Assembly: GCA_002104945.1 (NCBI GenBank)
Contig: MCFH01000083.1
Coordinates: forward strand, 62,001-126,000
DNA length: 64,000 nt
Reading direction: 5' to 3'
DNA from: Piromyces finnis finn
Lineage: Eukaryota > Fungi > Neocallimastigomycota
Below, piece after piece: positions 58,601-64,000 of the stretch. Every line of letters starts with the position of its first letter. Within the stretch, counting starts at the first letter, position 1. Both the position numbers and the translations under genes were made by a program. A model generated the notes under the pieces. That model was given only the letters and a program-made list of their open reading frames with translations. It was not told the DNA's origin and did no database searches.

Positions 58601-61600
58601 TCCGCTTATAATCTTGTTCGTATTAAAGAAGGTGACGAATACAAAACGGCTTTTCGTACTAGATATGGACATTTTGAATATCTGGTTATGCCTTTTGGAT
58701 TAAAGAATGCACCTGCAACTTTTCAACACTTCATTAACGATGTCCTTAGTGACTATTTAGACGATTTTGTTATCTCATATATTGATGATATTCTTATTTA
58801 TTCTAATAATATCGAAGAACATCATGAGCATGTTAAAAAGGTACTTAAGAAACTACTTGAAAATAATCTTTATGTTAAATTAGAAAAATGTGAGTTTGAT
58901 GTTGAGAAAACCACTTTTCTTGGTTATGTCATTTCAAAGGATGGATTGCAAATGGATGAAAATAAAGTTAAAGCAATTCTCGATTGGCCGGTTCCCAAGA
59001 ATGTTAAAGAGGTTCAGTCTTTTATTGGTTTATGCAACTATTACAGAATTTTTATTAAAGACTTTGCTAAAATTGCAAACCCTCTTCACAAACTCACTAG
59101 AAAGAATGTTGCTTTTAACTGGGTGAAAGAAGATCAGGACGCTTTTATTTTATTAAAATCTCTGTTCACGTCAGCTCCTATTCTGAAACATGCGGATAGT
59201 AATAAACAATTTATTGTAGAAACTGATGCTAGTAATTATGCTGTCGGTGCTATTCTCTCTCAAGAATTTGATGGCAAATTACATCCTATTGCATTTCTTT
59301 CTAAAAGTTTGACGAGTTGTCAAAGAAACTATCCTATATATGACAAGGAACTTTTAGCTATTGTAGTTGCTCTTGAAGAATGGCGTCATTATTTAGAAGG
59401 TGCACGCCATCCGTTCATAATTTATACTGATCACAAGAATTTAACATTTCCTAGAAAACCTGAAATGTTATCTCAGAGACAAATTAGATGGAATTTGTTC
59501 TTATCCAGATTTGATTTTAAACTCATTTATAGAGCTGGAAAGAAATCCGGTAAGCCTGATATCCTGTCTCGTAGAAGTGATCATGTAGAGAATAATATTA
59601 ATTCTGATGTTTCTTGTCTTACTATTTCGTTTCATCATAGCGATAACAAACCGTTAATCGATTCTATTTTATTAGAACTTAAAAATGACGATTTGTATAA
59701 TTCTATTGTCCAATTTAAAATGAATGGTTCTGCATGTAATGCACCTATTAAAAATATTGATAAAGTTATTATTGATAACGAGGGATTTTTGTTATATAAT
59801 AATCTTATTTATGTTCCTAAATCTCTTAGGACAAGAGTTTTGGAACTTCATCATGATTCTGTTGCTGCTGGTCATTTCGATATTAAGAAAACCACTGAAC
59901 TGATTTCCAGAAACTTTTGGTGGCCAAGGTTTCATTCAGACGTTAAATCTTTTATCAAATCTTGCGTGACTTGTTGCAAATCCAAAGTCCCCAGACATAA
60001 GCCTTATGGATTGTTATCCCCTTTGGACACTCCCAGTAGGCCCTGGTCTGATATTTCTATTGATTTTATTGTTGATCTTCCTAAGTCCAGAGATATGACA
60101 ACTCTCATGGTTGTTGTCGATAGATTTACTAAATTTGCTCACGCCATTCCTTTACGTTGTCTTCCTACTGCTTCGATTGCTGCTGATGCTTTTATTGCTA
60201 ATGTCTTCCGTTTGCATGGTCTTCCTGATTCCATCATTTCTGATAGAGGCTCGCAATTTACTTCTGACTTTTGGTCAAGACTTTGTGACCTTCTTAATAT
60301 CAATCATTCATTATCAACTGCCAACCATCCGCAGACAGATGGTCAAACGGAGAGGGTGAACGGCATATTAGAACAATATTTCCGTTGTTTTATAAATAAA
60401 AAGCAGAATAACTGGGTTGATCTTATCCCATTTGCTGAATTTGCATATAATAATACTTTACAACAATCTATAAATCAATCTCCATTCTTTGCTAATTATG
60501 GTTTTCATCCAAAGTTCAGCTTAGAAATTCCAGCTAATGATAGACCTAGTAGAGCTGAACAAAGAGTAATTGATATGAATGAAAACTTTAAATTATTAAA
60601 AGAAAACTTAGAAAAAGCAAAAGAAACATATAAGAAATATGCCGATATGAAGAGAATGATTCCCCCGGAGTTCGAAGTGGGAAAGAAGGTATGGTTATTG
60701 AAAGATTCTCCTGGAACTAACCTAAAGAGAAAATTAGCACCTCAAATGCTTGGCCCATTTGAGATAATTGGAAAAGTTAGTTCTCTCGCTTTCAAATTGA
60801 AACTTCCAAAGACAATGAGATGTCATCCAGTCTTTCATGTTTCATTGTTAGAACCATACTTTGAAAACAAGTTTAACGACAGGTCTAATCGTAGGAAGAG
60901 GAACATTCACCTTAACACAGATTTAATTGAAAAAATTCCAGAGAAAATTGAAAAGATGAAATCTGTTAATGGTGAAACATTTTATAAGTTATCATGGAAA
61001 GGATTTGACAAATCCACTTGGATTTCTGAAGATCAGATTCCAGATAAACAATTAATACAAGAGTTTGAAAGAAACTCTAAAAAGTCAAAATATAAGTCGA
61101 ACGACTCCTCCATGAAAATTAGAAAGAATAAAGTTGGTAATCTAATCAAGCACAGATACCAACCATTTGTAATTGAAATTCCTTCGAGTAAAGATTCCTT
61201 ATAAATTAATCTCGCAGGAGCTCGACTTAGAGAGAGAGATTGTAAAGATATCAAACGCCTCTGTTTGATATCTTTAATGTAACTTAAGCCACAAGTATTA
61301 TTGTTTAAGTTACACAAATTATATTCAGAAAAAGAAAATGAGACATAATTTATTTATTAATAATTAAAGTTTAAAACAAAATAAATTATTAATTTATTTT
61401 TAATGTTTAACAAGTAAATTAATATTCTCAATTTAAATCCCTAGTTTTAGTATTGTTTTTTTTATAGAAATAGATAAATAATAAATGATTAATATATCAA
61501 TAATACATGGGCACATATTCAAATTAAATAGTACTTAATTTGAATTGCCAATTGTATTTTACTAAAAATAGTTATAGTTTAAATATTTATTAATAATTAA

Positions 61601-61846
61601 GATTTTAGTGTAGATTTTAAATAATAATATATAAGAAATAAATAGTTATAATATAATATAAATGTATTTAGGAAAAATATAAATAGAAGATATTTTTCAT
61701 CATTTTATCGATGTAATTGTTATTATTAAAATTCTATTATAATAAAAGATATTTTATAAAACAATTTTTTATTTTATTTTTTCAAAATCTTGTGTTATTG
61801 TAATAGAATAGATATCCTAATCTATTCTTTCTGTGTCGCCATTACA
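55631..61846 (+). mobile_element. Complete family A Ty3/Gypsy chromovirus, copy 2, inserted inside the viral block
   Basis: LTRs at 55631-56236 and 61241-61846 appear identical by eye; TSD TATAT (55626-55630 and 61847-61851); PBS ATAACAATTAC at 56237-56247; intact gag-pol. Confidence 0.97.
56612..61204 (+). CDS. Gag-Pol polyprotein of family A copy 2 (1530 aa; DDE intact; GHFG->GHFD in the IN zinc-finger region)
   Basis: Nearly identical to 2231-6823; DISIDFI retained; GAT at 59879-59881 replaces GGT. Confidence 0.97.
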   Translation: MEGLISEFENLNLEMGDRNVGVSGNSGNIINAPPIFSGKQRELDGFLTRVELVFRTRPTLYNTDRVKVDFVISYFSGKPLEWASVLMKNNSGVLNHYDEFVDRLKANFGSYRYDTVVANGKLDNLRQRKLGQVLDYITEFQRISQNSSFNDSAKIYMFLKGLLPPLREKLAFIESNPTSIEQLISSTILVEDMMKRNSLSEFYFNGRRANDPMDVDVFKISRENKRKRYVNIQGSSKNYNENIDNFEEEKKKGLCFLCKQPGHLKFNCPNRVKPRKVLRIVKERTPKIVNPKIYKVGVKGVKSDLNLVDFYLSTNEVSEVKIKVLIDSGSELNFINPSLAEELGINLEKVEPFRVSGVSDGVVSVWERTEKCMLRCKNHFEVIQLYGLQVPGVDVILGLPWIKKHNPNAFYDSKKIAFSSGYCARHCNKGKRKRKPRKKSKNDQLDHDVLDRSLTKKPKVDPSVPKNEEKEYVKGRLVRTINDEDDSDDEYISFNKKVKCIVTKINETCNNDNESCSNNNNNGKDINKDKLVAVPTQYLEFSEVFNEKNCEVLPPHRPYDCEIKLKDDSTLFYGPLYPLTEVEREELKKYIDDNLNKGFIRKSSSPAGAPILFVKKKDGSLRLCIDYRKLNDITIRNSYPLPLISDLLDRVKNAKIFTKLDLKSAYNLVRIKEGDEYKTAFRTRYGHFEYLVMPFGLKNAPATFQHFINDVLSDYLDDFVISYIDDILIYSNNIEEHHEHVKKVLKKLLENNLYVKLEKCEFDVEKTTFLGYVISKDGLQMDENKVKAILDWPVPKNVKEVQSFIGLCNYYRIFIKDFAKIANPLHKLTRKNVAFNWVKEDQDAFILLKSLFTSAPILKHADSNKQFIVETDASNYAVGAILSQEFDGKLHPIAFLSKSLTSCQRNYPIYDKELLAIVVALEEWRHYLEGARHPFIIYTDHKNLTFPRKPEMLSQRQIRWNLFLSRFDFKLIYRAGKKSGKPDILSRRSDHVENNINSDVSCLTISFHHSDNKPLIDSILLELKNDDLYNSIVQFKMNGSACNAPIKNIDKVIIDNEGFLLYNNLIYVPKSLRTRVLELHHDSVAAGHFDIKKTTELISRNFWWPRFHSDVKSFIKSCVTCCKSKVPRHKPYGLLSPLDTPSRPWSDISIDFIVDLPKSRDMTTLMVVVDRFTKFAHAIPLRCLPTASIAADAFIANVFRLHGLPDSIISDRGSQFTSDFWSRLCDLLNINHSLSTANHPQTDGQTERVNGILEQYFRCFINKKQNNWVDLIPFAEFAYNNTLQQSINQSPFFANYGFHPKFSLEIPANDRPSRAEQRVIDMNENFKLLKENLEKAKETYKKYADMKRMIPPEFEVGKKVWLLKDSPGTNLKRKLAPQMLGPFEIIGKVSSLAFKLKLPKTMRCHPVFHVSLLEPYFENKFNDRSNRRKRNIHLNTDLIEKIPEKIEKMKSVNGETFYKLSWKGFDKSTWISEDQIPDKQLIQEFERNSKKSKYKSNDSSMKIRKNKVGNLIKHRYQPFVIEIPSSKDSL

Positions 61847-62170
61847 TATATATGTATTTAATAAAAATATTATTAATCATATTATTAATAAAAATAAAAA
61901 TAAATATTGTATATTGTACATATAGGAATAAATTTTACTTTATAGTTTTATTTAATTTTTTCATTGATAAATTTATAAATATATACTCATTTGTCAATGG
62001 TTTTTATTATGATATTAAGCAATCTTTTTATAAATCTATTATTATATAAAATAAGAAAATATTTTAAATTGTATTTTTTTAAAAAATCAATTAAATTATT
62101 TTTTTTTTTTAAAAAAAAAAAAAAACAACTGATATTAAGTTGTAAAATTTATAGATATTATTCATAGATA

Positions 62171-64000
62171 TTATTCATACATAGTTGTTTGTATACCAAT
62201 AGAATTTAAATATGAATTCATGATATTAAAACTATTTGATATTGTTAGAGATTTTGTTGCAGAATTACAGCATGTTTCTGATGTACTTATTGAATGACAA
62301 ATATTACAATATTTAATTTCCATAATATCTGTATTATTTCGAAACATATCTTTTAATATTGCATTGACTCCGTGTGCTACTAATGCATCTTTTTCCATTT
62401 CTCCTATTCTCAATCCACCATTATTAGCTTTTCCTTCGGTTGGTTGTTTGCTAATAGAATTAACATTTCCGGTAATTCGATAAAACATTTTTTCTTCCAC
62501 TTGATGTTGTAAAGCTGTATAGTAGCATACGCCTACAAACGCAGATCCTATATTCATTCCTGTTTTGGCATCAATCATTTTTTCCATGATCGGTATTCCA
62601 CTTTCAATAAATGTTGATCTGAAATTTTTTATATCATTACTTTCTATGGAAGCATCAAAAAATGTTCCAAATTTCTGAGGATCAATCACCATACACTTAC
62701 CGACGTACATTTCGATTAAATGGCCAACTGTCATTCTGGATGGAAAGGCATGTGGATTAACAATGATATCTGGTATTATTCCATGTTCCGTTTTAGGTAA
62801 TACATCCTCTGGTAATATTGATCCAATGACTCCCTTTTGAGCATAGCGACTAGCAAACTTATCTCCTTGCTGTGGTTTATATATATGCTGTACTTCCACA
62901 CAACAATAACAAATATCATCTTTAATAAAGGTAGTACAGCGATCAACAATAACCGGCTTTCTAAAAATATTTTCTATATCTGAAACTTCGTTTTTAATAA
63001 AATTGTATTTTCTAAATAATGGTTCATTACTACTGTATACATTTTGTGCAATCGGTGTATTTGGTTTTGGCAATCCATTTTCATAATTTTCATTTATATT
63101 CAATAAAATTTCTTCCTTAGTATTGTAGGAAATATATTGGTATCTATATTTAATATTACTAAATAAGCCATTTTCTATACTTTTAGCATTGAATATGACA
63201 CTATCTTCTTGATTATTTCCAAATGCCATAATAGCTACCACCACATTCTGACCACTAAATCTATGATAAGTATTATTATTTGTTATTGCTGATGATGTTG
63301 TCGTTGAGTTATTATTACTGTTATTTTCATCTTTTTCAATGTTTATATTTGTAAGAAGGTCAATTCGGCTTCTAAATTCGTCGTTATTTAATTTTATATT
63401 TTTTTTCAATTTAATATGACTATTTTTGTTAGTGTCATCTGAATAAGAATTGTTTTCATTTATCATTTCAAATCCGTTTTCATCATTTTCATCATCAATA
63501 TTTATAAATAGATTAAATAGATTATTCGAATTATTATTGGGATTGTTTAATAAAATGCTTAAGGGATGATAATGACATACTCTACGTGATAAAATAGATT
63601 CTAATTTGGTCATACAAAATGGACGTTGGGCATTAATTAATCTTCTTGAGTTATCATTAAATTGAAATATTGTACTATCATTCGACATACACTGTTTCGT
63701 CATACCGGCTTGAAATGTTAGTCTTGGAACATGATTGTTTCCTGGAAATGGTGAAAGTGCACTGATTAGACCAAACACAAAATTTGGATTTATTTCTTCA
63801 TATTTATATTCAGTATTACATTTGTATTCAGAAATATCAATAAATCTTACGCCTATTTCAATTCCATCTTTTAAAACTTTTATTGGCCTCATAATTCTTC
63901 CTTCATCCGTAAATAGATAGAACGCTGTATTATCAAATAGACAACTAATAAATGGATAAGTTAATTTCAATTCTTTGTAGGTATGTTCGACAAAGTCAAT
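62171..64000 (-). CDS. rpb2: Viral-type RNA polymerase second-largest subunit (RPB2), C-terminal part; ORF is open to the window edge
   Basis: GDKFASRYAQKG, PDIIVNPHAFPSRMTVGHLIE, LQHQVEEK, QPTEGKANNGGLRIGEMEKDALVAHG. It is far more diverged than a fungal RPB2, intronless, and has an Asn-rich insertion. Confidence 0.93.
   Translation of the reverse strand: MDFVEHTYKELKLTYPFISCLFDNTAFYLFTDEGRIMRPIKVLKDGIEIGVRFIDISEYKCNTEYKYEEINPNFVFGLISALSPFPGNNHVPRLTFQAGMTKQCMSNDSTIFQFNDNSRRLINAQRPFCMTKLESILSRRVCHYHPLSILLNNPNNNSNNLFNLFINIDDENDENGFEMINENNSYSDDTNKNSHIKLKKNIKLNNDEFRSRIDLLTNINIEKDENNSNNNSTTTSSAITNNNTYHRFSGQNVVVAIMAFGNNQEDSVIFNAKSIENGLFSNIKYRYQYISYNTKEEILLNINENYENGLPKPNTPIAQNVYSSNEPLFRKYNFIKNEVSDIENIFRKPVIVDRCTTFIKDDICYCCVEVQHIYKPQQGDKFASRYAQKGVIGSILPEDVLPKTEHGIIPDIIVNPHAFPSRMTVGHLIEMYVGKCMVIDPQKFGTFFDASIESNDIKNFRSTFIESGIPIMEKMIDAKTGMNIGSAFVGVCYYTALQHQVEEKMFYRITGNVNSISKQPTEGKANNGGLRIGEMEKDALVAHGVNAILKDMFRNNTDIMEIKYCNICHSISTSETCCNSATKSLTISNSFNIMNSYLNSIGIQTTMYE

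Larger units (their letters stand above)
35049..64000. mobile_element. Endogenous Nucleocytoviricota (giant DNA virus)-derived region, continuing past the right edge
   Basis: Cluster of intronless, highly diverged PolB, D5, RPB1-C, RPB2, TFIIS-like, VETF-L-like, D6/D11 helicase and DUF5763-like genes. It is contiguous with host-type genes and interrupted by a host LTR retrotransposon with TSD. Confidence 0.88.

Noticed and set aside
46190-63970. Ordinary host Pol delta, RPB1 and RPB2 genes
   Set aside because: They are intronless, clustered and far too diverged at near-invariant eukaryotic motifs (SRYAQKG for SRHGQKG, QSALSYFH for QMTLNTFH). There is no CTD and no PolB C-terminal Cys clusters.

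Overview
Extremely AT-rich, poly-Asn-rich eukaryotic DNA. It is most likely an anaerobic gut fungus (Neocallimastigomycota), inferred from base composition, a GT-AG intron, a fungal-type SerRS fragment and gene-family style. (i) 1-18.4 kb is a nest of LTR retroelements. A complete Ty3/Gypsy chromovirus (family A, TSD CCATT) is inserted into the gag of a second, minus-strand Gypsy (family B) that carries a textbook -1 frameshift signal. There is also a 5'-truncated family-A copy and a non-autonomous LTR element carrying an intronless, decayed seryl-tRNA synthetase fragment. Both Gypsy families show Tf1-type self-priming (PBS complementary to their own LTR, ~35-39 nt downstream of a TATA box). 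(ii) 19.7-34.4 kb holds host-type genes: an ABCB/MDR transporter, a ~2,215-codon secreted aerolysin-like/lectin giant split by one TAG, and a frameshifted GPI-type surface protein. (iii) ~35 kb to beyond the right edge is a block of intronless Nucleocytoviricota (giant DNA virus)-type replication and early-transcription genes: DUF5763-like protein, D6/D11-type SF2 helicase, possible SSB, TFIIS-like zinc ribbon, VETF-large-like, a split RPB1 C-terminal half, family-B DNA polymerase, D5 helicase and RPB2. A second complete family-A retrotransposon (TSD TATAT) is inserted between D5 and RPB2. The best candidate for a new system is this chromosomally embedded, host-ameliorated giant-virus-derived replicon, in which no capsid gene is visible inside the window. 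All family assignments are by motif recognition only; no database searches were run.
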